From the human T2T-CHM13v2.0 reference genome, Homo sapiens: a DNA stretch of 64,000 nt. The first letter of the stretch is position 1, and each line of letters opens with the position of its first letter. Below, in pieces: positions 1 through 13,000 of the stretch. Under the pieces are notes generated by a model, which saw only the letters and a program-made list of their open reading frames with translations, ran no database searches and had not been told where the DNA came from. Where the stretch lies: NCBI RefSeq assembly GCF_009914755.1, contig NC_060935.1. The stretch is one strand, 5' to 3'. The translations under genes and the position numbers were made by a program.

Positions 1-858
1 GCTGAGCAAATTATTAACTGTGGATTTGTTTCTTCATAGTACTTTATTTAGATGTTTAGTAGAGAGTTTAGTGTCCCATATTCATCTAATTTCCATGCTG
101 GAACAGGTCAGGTTACCTTTTCTGGAATTTCCCTGTATGATTGCTGATGAACTAACTCTTGTTATTTCAACCTTTCCTTGTGTCAAAGTTCAGCCTTAAA
201 ATATGGCACTATTCAGCTTTGTAGATGCATCATAAATGATATGTTTATTTGATGTACAATTTTTTGTTGTGACTTATTTCTAAACAATTCTGGGTAATCC
301 CATGGGCCTGAATCTGCACTCTATGGGTCTTTCCTTCACAAATAAACACACTCTGTTAATGTCACCACCTGCAAACATCTGTGGATGTACTCTGCTCACA
401 GATGGGTTTGCAGTGAAAAGACTTTTATGGATCCTCTTGATGCTCAGCTGTAAAAGAATAAAGAAAAGTCTGACTAAATCTTGCAAAAGAAAAATTGCAC
501 CTGACAAAATTAAACTGCTGTTTATCTGAGAATACCATGATAAGGGAGAGAGGACAGAACACAGCTGATCTCAACTCTGCTGAAACAAAAGATAGGCGGC
601 TTGTTAGTCATGAGGGAAATATTAAGGCAGTCTTGCCTTATAAGACAAGAAATATAAGACAGTCAATGTCTTTGTCTGTAAGAGACTAGTAATTACGTAT
701 AAGTCTTTTTCTGTATCATTCCCTCAGTCTCACCTATTAAACAGCTCTTAGGCAACAGCAGCTGCTTTAACATGGTTTTGTTAGCTGTCTTGAGTGGTTT
801 TATCTTTTTCAAACCTACTCACAAAATAGTTATATTTATATACATTTTTCTTTATCTT

Positions 859-900
859 TTATATTCTGACTAACCAATATTATATTCTGACTAACCAATT
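859..900. repeat. 21-bp tandem duplication (TTATATTCTGACTAACCAATA/T) x2
   Basis: 859-879 vs 880-900 match at 20/21 positions. Confidence 0.9.
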
Positions 901-3441
901 ATTAATAGAAAGTCAGAAAAGTAATCTTTCTAATATTGAGTCTGAGAAGATACAAGGATCTATTTTCCCTAACCTGACCTTGTGTTTCTCATTTCAAGTA
1001 ACAGGTAGATAAATATAATGCCTTTAAAATGTAAAATTCTCCAACTGATCCTAAATAGAACATTAAGGATCTAACTAATGAGCCTGGCCTTGTTAGCCTT
1101 GTCAGATCTCCTTATCTAACTTATACAGATTTTAGAAGGAAGTGCCATTAAACCTTGACCAAGCAGAAAACAAAAATTCAAGGGTTCATTGCACAATGTA
1201 ATACTCCACATATTCTACTGATATATTCTACATACTCTACATACTTTGCACATGGCATACTACTCTTTATGTACAGAGATGAGTTTCTTACTGTTTAAAG
1301 TTTGTATTCCAATAGTGGAGAATGAATGTGTGCAGTCTCTGCTAATCTTTACTCCTAATCCTGATGGTGTCCAATAGTGCGTATTTTCAGAATGGCTGTG
1401 ATTGCCATTCCTTGAAGGGGAATCAAGAGATATAGCAAACAAAAGGAAAATTAAAACCCCAACCTCAGACTCCTAAGCCATGGGAAATATTAACTTATTA
1501 AAACACATAAGCTAAATGTTTTATATATTTTGATATCTGACACTTTAGAATGAGACAAGCTATGACTGTATAAATTGGTTATGGATTAAAATGATTTTGT
1601 ATGCCATAATTGGACAAATGAAAGGTGTTCTTTTGCTGATTGTGTCAATTTTGCCTTTCTTTTACATGTAATACAAATAATATTTTCTAATTTATTCTCT
1701 CATAAGTTTCTTTCAAGACTGAAATGAAGTGTGGTATTAAAAAATGTACTTGTAAATAAAAGATATAAGATACCATATCATCAATCAAATAGAAGAATAA
1801 ATATGACATTCAAAATAACCTTGTTAACAAGGTAGTTAATTTTAAGAATTATAGGATTTCATGTGTAAGTGAATTTGAGATCATTTGGCCATGAATAACA
1901 TCTTAATTTGGTTATTTATTTGTGTTGAAGATAGAGGGCAGATGGAAGTTAAATACTGTTAAAACTCACTTGCAAGTAGAATTCAAACATAGTTCCTTAA
2001 CTTCTTAACCCATTTCACTTTCCAAAATGTTCGACTTTACTGATAAGATGGCTCATAATTATTTATGTTTGTTTCATAACCACTAACATAGTAATCATAT
2101 GGACAATATACATGGTTTATTGATTAAAACATCATTATTAATGACCTTTTTATTTTGAACAATTTGTCATTATTCTTATTATGTATCAATGATTTTAGAT
2201 CTTCAGAAACACTCTTTTTTCCTTTTTGTTTGTTTACTTTTTACTCCACCTAGAGAAAAATTGGCAAATGGTCAGCATTGCAATATTTATCTTTATGTTC
2301 AGAAAGTTCACTAATTATTCACTGAGTATATCTGATTCCTACAGCATTAAAACAGTATGAGAAATAAGAAGAAAAGGAAAATAGCAATAATAATGAACAA
2401 CTGTGAAGGGAATGCATTTTACAGAGTATTTTCAAGAGTTTTATTACATACAATTCTCCTAATATCCATGCAGAAATTAAGGTACTGGGCTCATTTCATG
2501 ATTAAGAAACAAAGGCCCTGAGAATTTATGGAAGTTAGTACAAATCTCACAACTAAACCAGATGTAACTCCCAAACCTGAGCTTTTTACCAGGTTCTCCT
2601 CTGTTGCTTTGTCAGCATGTCAGTGTCCCACAGTTCCTCTCCTCTGTTTTTACGGTGTGCTTATGTAATTTGGGTTTAGTCTTGAGATCAGAGAGCTAAA
2701 GGAAAACACAGAACCCTAGTCTATAGTAAGATGATATGACTTGCTATCAATCTCTTGTCTCCAAGTACTTCAGTGTTATGCGCCTCACTGAGATATACAC
2801 TTGCCTGCCTAATCCTGTCTGTCTATAGAGAGCACTGGTGTGTAGTAACTGTGATCTTGTTTCAGTGACTGCAAGTGGTTATGAACCAAACTCCCTACTC
2901 TACTGTCCAAGAACTTCTCAGGTGATCCGTTCCCTTCCACAGATGACAGTTTTACCTTTAGATACTGTATAAACTTATTTTGAGTGTTCTCAAATGTAGC
3001 ATAAATTAATAATAAATAAATAAACAAGCAACTTTGTTTTTTGAGTGCAAATTTGAATTTTGGACCCAGCCAGAATTTATCTGAAGCACAATTTGGTGAA
3101 TAACCTTCTGAACAAGCAGGGGTATACGTTTTAGGGGTCAAATTGCTCTGGGGCTTTCAAGACCTTAAGCAAATGGCATATGCAGAGCAAGTTCTATTCT
3201 TCTGAAATCACATGGGTTAGTCTTTTTGAATAACCCGATTAGAGTTTTCTATGTTTAGCATGTTCTACTTTCCTCTATTCTCTGCCACTCTTCCAATTAT
3301 AGTGTGTTCTTGGTTTTGTTGGCAAGAGGTGTAACGTTATTATTAACCACAAACAACTTGTAATTGCCTTTTTCAATTTATATAGGTTGCCCATAAAAAA
3401 GTCATATAAACTACAACTATAATTTTGTATGGTAATAATAA

Positions 3442-3443
<2 letters not shown>

Positions 3444-3489
<46 letters not shown>
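3444..3489. repeat. (TG)23 microsatellite
   Basis: Perfect TG run read directly. Confidence 0.98.
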
Positions 3490-3490
<1 letters not shown>

Positions 3491-3912
3491 CACAGCAAGG
3501 GATAGAGGAAAAAAAGAGCCAAAGAGAAAAAAAAAAAAAGGAAAGTGAGAGAAGAGGTTCAGAAGGTTTATACCAGGGCTGGCTTGTGATAAGACTGCTG
3601 GGGAACTCTGGTCAGATTCAATATTCTTGTGGTCTAATTGGACCAACATCTTTAAAAAATAAAAATGCAGATCATATAATACGTTTTTAAGTGAAGTATT
3701 GCTTCACACTTGACGTGATTTAGATACTACACAAGTTTTTTTTGGTTTTGAAGAACAAATCTAGCAAAGCTTAGCTTAATGGATTATACAGACACACAGA
3801 TAAAATAAATCCTCCTCATTAACAGCAGAAACTCTCTGCATATGCATGTTTTATTTTGCATAGTGAACCATCCTTACATGAAGGGAGGAGGGCGAGGTTT
3901 GGAGACAACAAA

Positions 3913-4150
3913 GCATGGTGGACAGGGGTTCAGGCTTTCCAGTCAGAACATCTATGTTCAAATTTCGGCTCATCATTCCCTAGCTGCGTGACCTTGTGCA
4001 AGTAATTCAAATACTGCCAGCCTCAATCCTGCATGAATAACAGGGAGAAAGTAAGAGTACTAAATCTGTAGGGATGTGGCCAGAATTAAATGAATTAATA
4101 TGTATCAAACACATAAGATAATAAGAACTGAATAACTGTTAGCCCTTATC
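3913..4150 (+). mobile_element. MIR SINE
   Basis: Core-like 'gttcaaatttcggctcatcattccctagctgcgtgaccttgtgcaagtaa' and 3' 'gaattaaatgaattaatatgta'. Confidence 0.7.
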
Positions 4151-4319
4151 ACTATCACATTACGATATGTCATAATGAAGCATTCTGAATAGTCAAACAC
4201 ATGATATCCTGCAATAAGAGTCATTTGACTCAGGATTTATAATTAGGTTTGATAATCCAAGGGTCGTAGAAATTCTGAAAACCACAATTGATGTGATGCC
4301 AGGAAGATGATGAAGGCAA

Positions 4320-4525
4320 TAACCTTTTCTTGAATACCTAATGTTTGGCAAACACTGTATGAATTTGCTTTTATGTCAATAATCTCCTTTTATCCTAGAA
4401 ACAATTTTGCAAGGGACATAATTATCCCTCCCATTTCACATGTGAAGAAACTGTAACTCAAGGACTTTAAAAATCGTGTACAAGGTCGGAGAGCAAATAA
4501 GTATCAAAGCCAGATTCAAACCACA
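4320..4525 (-). mobile_element. MIR SINE
   Basis: Antisense core 'cccatttcacatgtgaagaaactgtaactca...aaggtc...gccagattcaaacc'. Confidence 0.65.
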
Positions 4526-4556
4526 GAAAACTTGCCTCCTGGTGATAAACCTGCCA

Positions 4557-4603
4557 GTAGTAGAAATGCTCTGTAGTAGAAATGCTACTGTAGTAGAAAT
4601 GCT
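4557..4603. repeat. Three copies of GTAGTAGAAATGCT (period 16-17)
   Basis: Exact 14-mers at 4557, 4573 and 4590. Confidence 0.9.
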
Positions 4604-5154
4604 CCCCATCTATTCATACAGGATAACTTAGGGGAAACATATTTTGTCACTAGCATCTCAATTTCCTATTGCTAAGATAACAACAACTTTTAGGATTCAT
4701 GCCAGAAAAATCTATGAAACAGCTGACATAGTTTAGGAGTTCTATTTATTGATAAAGTTCTTTTATAAATCTGCTGGCAAGATGCTAATGTGGGTTATGG
4801 ACAAAAGTTGAGTACACTTTACCAAGTTGCAATGTTTTCCTCATTTGCTGTTTTCAAGACATTTAAAAACCTTCACTATTTGTGAGAGAAAATAATTAGA
4901 GCCTGTGTCTGACATGATACTAAGAAAAATACAAAGTAAAAGGAGCTGAGAACAGGACAAATTTTCCAAATATATAAGAATCGAGTTTGGTTTTAGTTTT
5001 CTTTTGTTTTGTGTTATTAAAAAGAAGTCCTTTTTTGGCTCTGATGCTCTGTAAAATACACAAATACTATGTTTTGTTTGTTTGCTTGCTTATTTATTTA
5101 TTTAAAATTTGAAATATAATTAGCTTCTTTCTTTGAAGCTAGGGGCATCTTATA

Positions 5155-5445
5155 TTTCTTTTTTTTTTTAATTTATGTATTTATCTATTGGAAGATGGGA
5201 TCTCACTCTTTTGCCCGGGTTGGAGTTCAGTGGCAAGATCATAGCTCACTACAGCCTTGATTCTTCCACCTCATTCCCAAGTAGTTGGGACTAAAAGCAC
5301 ACACCACCATGCCAAGCTAATGTTTTATTGCTTTTAGAGATAGAGGCACACTATGTTGCTCAGCGTGGTCTCTAATTCCTGGCCTCAGGCCATCCTTCCA
5401 CCTCAGCCTCCCAAGTCTTTGGGATTACAGGCGTGAGCCACTGCA
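5155..5445 (-). mobile_element. AluJ (AluJo-like) with small internal deletion
   Basis: T-rich tail on the left; 'atcatagctcactacagccttga', 'ctatgttgctcag', 'gggattacaggcgtgagccactgc'; highly diverged. Confidence 0.88.
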
Positions 5446-6272
5446 ATCTTTTTATGTTAGTTTAATTTGAAAAACTAACAATATATTTGCGCCACAAGGG
5501 GAAGGAGTCCCCTAAGTTCCCATCTGCCTTGTGTGCAATACCAAATCAGAGCACACAAGGGACATTTAGTCTAGAGATATCAGATGGAGAGTGCAGAATT
5601 ATCTCTGCAGAATGGGCGTATAGGCTGTGGGAGACTAGGACTGTCTATCTTGCATGCTCAACTTCCTGCTTCCCCCTGCTTGCCATTAAGAGAGGAGAAG
5701 GGATTCCCTAGAGCCTGTGGGAGAGTTGACATAAGGGAAAGGAGCAGCTGCAGGTCTGGCTTTTGGAGTGGACTCAAGGTATATTTCCTGTAGAAACAAT
5801 GCTGTGTACAGTGGACAGTAGTGGCCAAAGAAGTGCCACCAGTGCAAGGAGTTCACCGCATAGTTAGATTTATTTTGGCTGGGTGAGCTTCCTTACTATG
5901 TGTTCAACATTGCTACTAAGAGAAAAGGAGTTTTTGAGGCACACAAAATTTACAAGCTCAGTTTTATTATGGTAGTGGAAGCTTCACTCACTGTAGAGAA
6001 AGCTGTTTTATACTAGAAGCACTGTGTCTCACTGTCATTTTCTCTTTCTGCTCCTCCATCATCATTGTCATCATCTGAAAATAAGTAATGCTAAATAAAA
6101 CTTTTGATGTTCTAGCACATTATGCATTATGTGCTGATGAATAGACATGAGCTCGTTCAGTTATCAAAGGATTCCCACAGGTAGGAAAGTATTACCTTAA
6201 TATAGAGAGAAAACTGAGTAACACATAGGAGGAAGAAACCAGTACAACTTCCACAGCTATTAAATTCAAAGG

Positions 6273-6559
6273 GGCCGGGTGTGGTGGCTCACGCCAGTAA
6301 TTCTAGCACTTTGAGAGGCCAATGTGGGGGGATCACGAGGTCAGGAGTTCAAGACCAGCCTGGCCAACATGGTGAAACCCCGTCCCTACTAAAAATACAA
6401 AAATTAGCCAGGTGTGGTGGCAGGCGCCTGTAATCCCAGCTACTCAGAGGCTGAGGCAGGAGAATCGAACTTGGGAGGTGGAGGTTGTAGTGAGCCAAGA
6501 CCACACCATTGCACTCCAGCCTGGGTGACAGAGCAAGACTGTTTCAAAAAAAAAAAAAA
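6273..6559 (+). mobile_element. AluS (AluSg-like)
   Basis: ggccgggtgtggtggctcacgcc start; 'gatcacgaggtcaggagttcaagaccagcctggccaacatgg'; A-tail. Confidence 0.93.
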
Positions 6560-6584
6560 TGAAAAATGCAAACCAGGACCAGCA

Positions 6585-6740
6585 AAAGTGAGTTCAAGTA
6601 TTAGGTCTGCTAAACACCAACTTCATAACTTTAGTAAACTCACCTAGCATCTTGAGCCTAAGTTTCCTCATCCAAAAAAGGTGATAAATAATTATAGCTA
6701 TCTCCTAGTAATGTTGTAGATATTAAATCAAATATGGGGA
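6585..6740 (+). mobile_element. MIR SINE fragment
   Basis: 'gagcctaagtttcctcatccaaaaaaggtgataaataa...ctatctcctagtaatgttgtagatattaaat'. Confidence 0.55.
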
Positions 6741-8621
6741 AATGATTTAATTCCAGGCAGTGGAAGTTACTATTAGAATACAAAAGTAATATTTTAGTAG
6801 TAGTAGTATTTTTTCTATCAGAAAGAATTAATCACAATTAATGTTCCCATAAGTTTAGGCATTGAGCATATCTTCCTGATTGATTGCTGCAATAAATGAT
6901 AATTGTAATAAAAGTGCTTAATTCTTTTAGCTAAAGGACGAAACAATCCTAAACATCGTTGGAAGTAAAGCAAGGCAAAGTGTAGATTTGATCTCTTTAA
7001 TTACATTTTAGAACATTTCAGCAGCTCTCTCGGTCCTTTGTCTTCCTCCCCATAATTTGCTATCCACCCGCCCCCACCCTTGTTTTTTTAGGGTTGGATG
7101 CTGGCAAGAGAGAATATTTCACTTTCCTTATCCTACACACGCTCCATACATGGAAGTGAATATCTGAAGGTGATAACGGATAAGCTTTTTCTCTTGCAGA
7201 ATTCTTGGTGATACTTAGTTGGGAAATTCTCATGAAAGACTCCGTGGCCCCCTCCTCCTGCCTTGCCACGCTAGATTGTCTGTCACATTGTGTAGGACTG
7301 TGGTGTCTGTGATGTAGCTTAGCATTCACTTGCAACTGGGTATATGACATTGTCACTATCAAGAATTGCAAAACAGATTAGATGCAGGACAACAGTCTGA
7401 GCAGAGGTTACTGAATTCCCTATATAAGCATGTTCAGAGATCTAGTGAATGCCAGGTCAACCTCCCACATTACATTCACATGCCTATCATTTAACTCAAA
7501 AAAAAAAAAATACAAAAAAACAAAAAAACCCAAAAAACTCAGGGAGGGTGAAAGTGGATTTGCTTTCCAGGTCATATCCTCACTTATCTTCCTCATGCAT
7601 CTCTAATTTGTTGTGTCTAATGGGAGACTGAGCAGCGCTGGACAAAATTTTTTCTCTGGAACTTTATTTAAAACACACTAGAAAAATCATGTAAATTTTA
7701 CTATAAGCCCCAGGTTGAAAGTTAAGAAAACATAAGAAAGATAAACGAACTCCTCCTTCACATTTGCTTTCCCTAGAATTTTTTCTAAAACCCTGCAAAT
7801 GGCATTTTTTTTGTTTCATTGTAACCTATTTTATTTGTACACTTTTGTGGCAAATATATGTCCAAAAGCTATTATGAGTTCTATTTGTATTTGACACCAG
7901 AACAAACTATTGTAATTTGTAGCAAAAATTCCGAGTAGATTAACCTCCCTAAACTTCTTCCATTTCACGTTACATCATGAAGCCTGTTTTTGTTTCATTC
8001 TTAATTGTGCTTGGCTCAAAAGTGGAAATTTGCTAAGATGACCATAATTTTTAAAACAATTTTCTCTAAGGGTTCAAGTATCATAAGGGAATGTGGATCC
8101 TGCTGAATCAACATATAACCCATCACTTTAAAGACGTGCTGATAAAAGAATTTCTACAAATATTCTCAGCAGGGGTAAATTTTAAAATCATTGTTGGTGA
8201 GGGAATACCATCTCCCTTTTCCAGGAATCGATCTGCCTGCCTCTGCAACCCCAACCCTCAATTCATTCTCAAAGCTTTCTGAATGCTCCATTAAAGACAC
8301 ATTTTATTCAGGTTTTCCAGTGGTCACATGTTCACTAATAATAATAATTTCCAGGTTTTGGTGATGTATTGTGTTTGGAGGAAATCGTGTTAACCATTTG
8401 AAAAATATTTATTTATATGAATACTATAATATTATGAAATACATGACATTACCACTACTTTATTGTGATTATTATTTTATAAATGAGGCTTAGTATTGAT
8501 CCAAGGAAACACAGTTAATGAAAAAGAGATCTAGGAAAATTCTTATCACAACTCCATATTGCTTCACTAAGGAGATTCGGAAAATGCTACGTTGAATGTT
8601 TATTAAAAGAAATTTTTAAGG

Positions 8622-8676
8622 ATTTAGACAATAATATTCTAATAGTATTATCATTTAGACAATAATAGTCTAGTAG
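8622..8676. repeat. 24-bp imperfect direct repeat
   Basis: atttagacaataatattctaatag (8622) vs atttagacaataatagtctagtag (8653), 22/24. Confidence 0.8.
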
Positions 8677-8724
8677 GGGATGTAGGCAAAACTTTCCTAA
8701 ATTTATTTATTGTTTTTTCTTAAT

Positions 8725-8868
8725 ATAAGGAATAGTATAATCTAATGACAGCATCCTAGATTTTAGGGACATACTTGGCTCTACCACTTAATAGCTGTCC
8801 CAATTTTGAAAAATTACTAAACAGTTATGAGCTTGTTCTGTCATTTGCAAATAGGTTTAATATCCCCA
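8725..8868 (+). mobile_element. MIR SINE fragment
   Basis: 'cttggctctaccacttaatagctgt...tcatttgcaaatagg'. Confidence 0.55.
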
Positions 8869-8871
8869 ATT

Positions 8872-9382
8872 TTTTTTTAACTAAAATTTTTTGAATAATA
8901 TATGTATGTACAAAGAGTACATATGTGTACATATGTTTAATGATTTTCTGAAACTGAGGACACTCATGTAATGTGCATGTAATCCAAACATTACTACATT
9001 ACCAAAATCAGAAGTCTCCCTAATCCTCCCTTCATTCATTACCCATCAAAGATAACCACTATCTTTACTTCTAACAGAATAGTTTCATTTTGCCTGTTTT
9101 GAATTTTATTTAATTAGACTCATACAATATGCAGTCTATTATATCTGGCTCTTTTCACTCAGCATTTATATTTGTGTGATCCAGCCATATGGTTAGCTAT
9201 GATATAGTTTGCTTGTTCTCATTGCTGCATAGTGTTTTATCCTGTGTGTATACTATATTTACCCATTCCTCTGTTGATAGGTATTTGGGTAGCTTCCAGT
9301 TTGGGACTATGAAAGATACTGCCATGAAGAACATTCTACTACATGAGTTTTGGTGACTGTATAGACACATTTATGTTGGGTT
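8872..9382 (-). mobile_element. Old L1 3' end (L1ME-like)
   Basis: 'gataaccactatctttacttctaac...tttgcctgttttgaatttta...ctggctcttttcactcagcat...ttgataggtatttgggtagcttccagtttggg'. Confidence 0.75.
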
Positions 9383-9416
9383 TCTACAGTCTGTTTTAAC
9401 AGATATCACTGCCACT

Positions 9417-10018
9417 GTTTTTTTTTTAATTTAAAAAATTTGCTGAAGTACACATAAGATAAAATTTACCTTGTATACCATTTTTAATTGCACAGTTCAT
9501 AAATATTAAATATATTCATAATGTTGTGAACCCATCACAACCATTCATTTTCATCATTTCTTACATCTTGTAAAACTGAAACTCTGTGCCTATTGAACAG
9601 TTACTCCCCATTCCCCATCTCCCCCAGGGCCCTGGCAACAACCACTCTTTTATTTGTCTCTATGATTTTGACTGTTTTATGTACCTTGCTATGGTTTGAA
9701 TGTGTGAGTCTCTGTAAAATTCACATGTTGAAAATTAATACCCAGTATGATAGTTTTAAGAGTTGGGGCTTTTTGGACAGTGATTAAGTCATGAGTACTC
9801 CTCCTTCATTAATGGGATTAATTATCTTATATAAAAGGTTGAAGAGAGCATCCTCATCCTTTCTCCTTCTTCTACCAGACGCTGAATCTCCTGGTTCCTT
9901 TATCTTAGACTTCCCAGCTTTTAGAATTGTGAGAAATAACTTTCTGTTATTTATAAATTACCCAGTCTGTGGTATTTGTTATAGCATCAAAAACAGACTA
10001 AGACACATCTCATATAAG
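9417..10018 (-). mobile_element. L1MB-like 3' end (non-inverted arm of a 5'-inverted L1), interrupted by an MLT1A LTR
   Basis: Poly-T at 9418-9428; 'aactgaaactctgtgcctattgaacagttactccccattcccc...cctggcaacaaccactct'; resumes as 'catataag' after the LTR. Confidence 0.82.
9687..10005 (+). mobile_element. MaLR solo LTR (MLT1A0/MSTD-like)
   Basis: TG...CA termini 'tgctatggtttgaatgtgt' and 'acagactaagaca'; degenerate 5-bp TSD tacct/catct. Confidence 0.85.
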
Positions 10019-10710
10019 ACAATATCATCAGAGTAAAAAAGTAACCCACAGAATGGGGGAAAATATTTGCAAATTATGTTTGACAAGGGATTAATACCTA
10101 GAATATAAAGAACTCTCTAAAACTCAACAACAACCAAAATCTGATTCAAAAATGGGCAAAAGACATGAATTGATATTTCCCCAAATAAGACATATAATGG
10201 CTAAGTAGCTGGTGAGAAGATGCTTATCATTATGGGAATGCAAATCAAAACTATTATGAGATACTACTTCATACGCCTTAGCCATCCCTTAGGATGGCTA
10301 TTACCAAAAAACAAAAAACAACAACAGAAAACACATAAAATAACAAGTGTTAGCCAGGATGTAGAGAAATTGGAATCCTTGCACACTCTAAAGTGGTACA
10401 GCTGCTGTGGAAAATATTCTAAAAATAGAATTTCCAAATGATCCAAATTTTCTGCAAGCAGAGTCTCAAAAAGATATTCATACACCAACATTTGTAGCAG
10501 CGTTATTCACAGCAGCTAAAATGGGAAAACAACCCAAGTGTCCATTGACAGATGAATAGATAAACAAAATGTGGTGTATCATACAATGGAATATTATTCA
10601 GCCTTAAAAAGAAAAGAAATTCTGACATATGCCACGACATGATGAACTTTGAGAACATTATGCTAAGTTAAATAAGCCAGTTATGAAAAGACAAATGTGG
10701 TGTGATCCCA
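10019..10710 (+). mobile_element. Inverted 5' arm of the same L1MB-like element (end of ORF2 and start of 3'UTR)
   Basis: 'cccacagaatgggggaaaatatttgcaaa', 'aaatcaaaactattatgagatactacttca', 'caacccaagtgtccattgacagatgaatagataaacaaaatgtgg', 'cattatgctaagttaaataagccag'. Confidence 0.85.
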
Positions 10711-10983
10711 AACTGTTTTTTATATGCACTAAATTAAACAATATATATGGAAGACTAGCATAGTGTATGGTAACTTATCAATAAGTGGCACAATAATTCG
10801 ATTTATATAAAAGTATTTCTGCCTAATGTTGAAGGTGAATTGGAAGAACTTATGGTAAGTGAGTTTTTCTTAGATATTGATCAAACTGGAAACATAGGAG
10901 ATTAGAATAAAGCAGTGAGACATTGAAGTACAAACAAGCAAGTGCCATAAAGGAAAAAAAAAAAAAAAAAAACTAGGAATAAC

Positions 10984-11165
10984 TGTTACTTTGCTCCTAA
11001 CACTTCTGAAACCAAATATATGGGTTTTCCACTAGCAATTCCTTAATTTTCTGTGGACACTAAGTGTCTACAATTTATTTCAATTTTCACACTAATTTAT
11101 CTCTTAGATGCTCTGTGCCAGGAATGAGGCACAAAGACCAAATACATTTTTCTTATTATATCACA
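10984..11165 (-). mobile_element. MER21-family LTR, internally deleted
   Basis: Reverse complement begins 'tgtgatataataagaaaaatgtatttggtctttgtgcctcattcctggcacagagc' and ends 'tttggtttcagaagtgttaggagcaaagtaaca'. Confidence 0.65.
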
Positions 11166-11288
11166 AAATCACTAAGACAAAAAGACAGGCCAAGTATTGG
11201 CAGATTGAGAAGGCAGTAGCCATCTAGGAAGTTCAGATAAAGCCTATGTTTCTAGTTACTCCATCAAAGGTAGGAATGTTATAGAAAT

Positions 11289-11782
11289 TTTAGGGGAGAA
11301 AACGTATCATCTTTTCCTAACCCATCCCAAAGTTCATGGCAGCTACCCCTATAATAAAAGACATATTAACAAGAGAAAAACACACCAATTCATTTAATAA
11401 TTACTGACACAGGAGCCTTCATAAACAAAGAACCAAAGAAAAAGAGAGGTTTGTTTACTTGTTTGGACAGCCCTGCAGAAGTATGATTGAAAGACAAATA
11501 AGGATGATCTAATGGTAACAAACTGGGGTAAACTTAGGCCTGTTTTTCAGATTCATCTTAGCATCTCTCTATCTTAGAGAATAAAGATGTTCATTTCCTC
11601 CAGGTATAGGAGGGCTACTTCTGAAATGAATCTCATGACCTGTTTTAGAGAAAGGTCAGAAAATTCTTTTATTGCCTGCTTCAGGGGAGAAGGGGTGAAG
11701 GTCAGAGGGACCCTCTTGCTTCTGCTTTCTCTTCAGATGCCAAGGTGACATATTTTGGTGTAGCATGTTCTGAATCTTATGA
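11289..11782 (-). mobile_element. ERV1 solo LTR of the MER34/MER39/LTR29 group
   Basis: Reverse complement start 'ttcagaacatgctacaccaaaatatgtcaccttggcat...gcagaagcaagagggtccctctgaccttc'. Confidence 0.7.
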
Positions 11783-12441
<659 letters not shown>

Positions 12442-12673
12442 AGAAGCAACTTCTTTTACTTCATACTCTTTCCTTTGTCAACATTCTCTTGGATTTGCCC
12501 TACAGATTTGTTCAGCAGAAATCTGCTTGTTGACTTACATAAGCTAAGCATCATAAATGGTACTGGAAGTTTTCAGCCTGAAAATGTCAGAAATAATCCC
12601 TGGAAGTATTTTAATCTTTGAAAATTAGAACCCTGAGTGGCCATTGAGATTTTCTAGCCCATCGTTTTCTCAA

Positions 12674-13000
12674 CTGTTTGTTTTAGGTTGGATTTCCCCT
12701 GAGACAAAAATTCAAAACTAAGTAGTTTGGGAAAAGGAATGCATGGCAGCAGAGTAATGGAGAAGTAAGACGAGAAAGGGAAGGCAGCCAGTTGAGGATG
12801 ATGTAGGTTAATCATCCTACAGAAATTTTTGGATGACATTGTAAGACTTCTCTTAAATATTGGCTGGAGGCTTATTGCAGGGGTTTTAATTCCACATTTC
12901 TGTCCTGCAACAAGAGTAAGAAAAGTGTGTCTTGGCAGAAAGCCTGTTGCAAAGAAATGTAGGAGCTAGATGTTGGCCTGACTTGCTTTGAAATACTAGT
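12674..13000 (-). mobile_element. Old ERVL LTR (LTR33-like)
   Basis: 'ccctgagacaaaaattcaaaactaagtagtttggg...gagaagtaagacgagaaagggaaggcagcca'. Confidence 0.45.

Noticed and set aside
3275-3690. 124-aa and 81-aa ORFs
   Set aside because: They are kept open by (TG)23 and A-rich tracts
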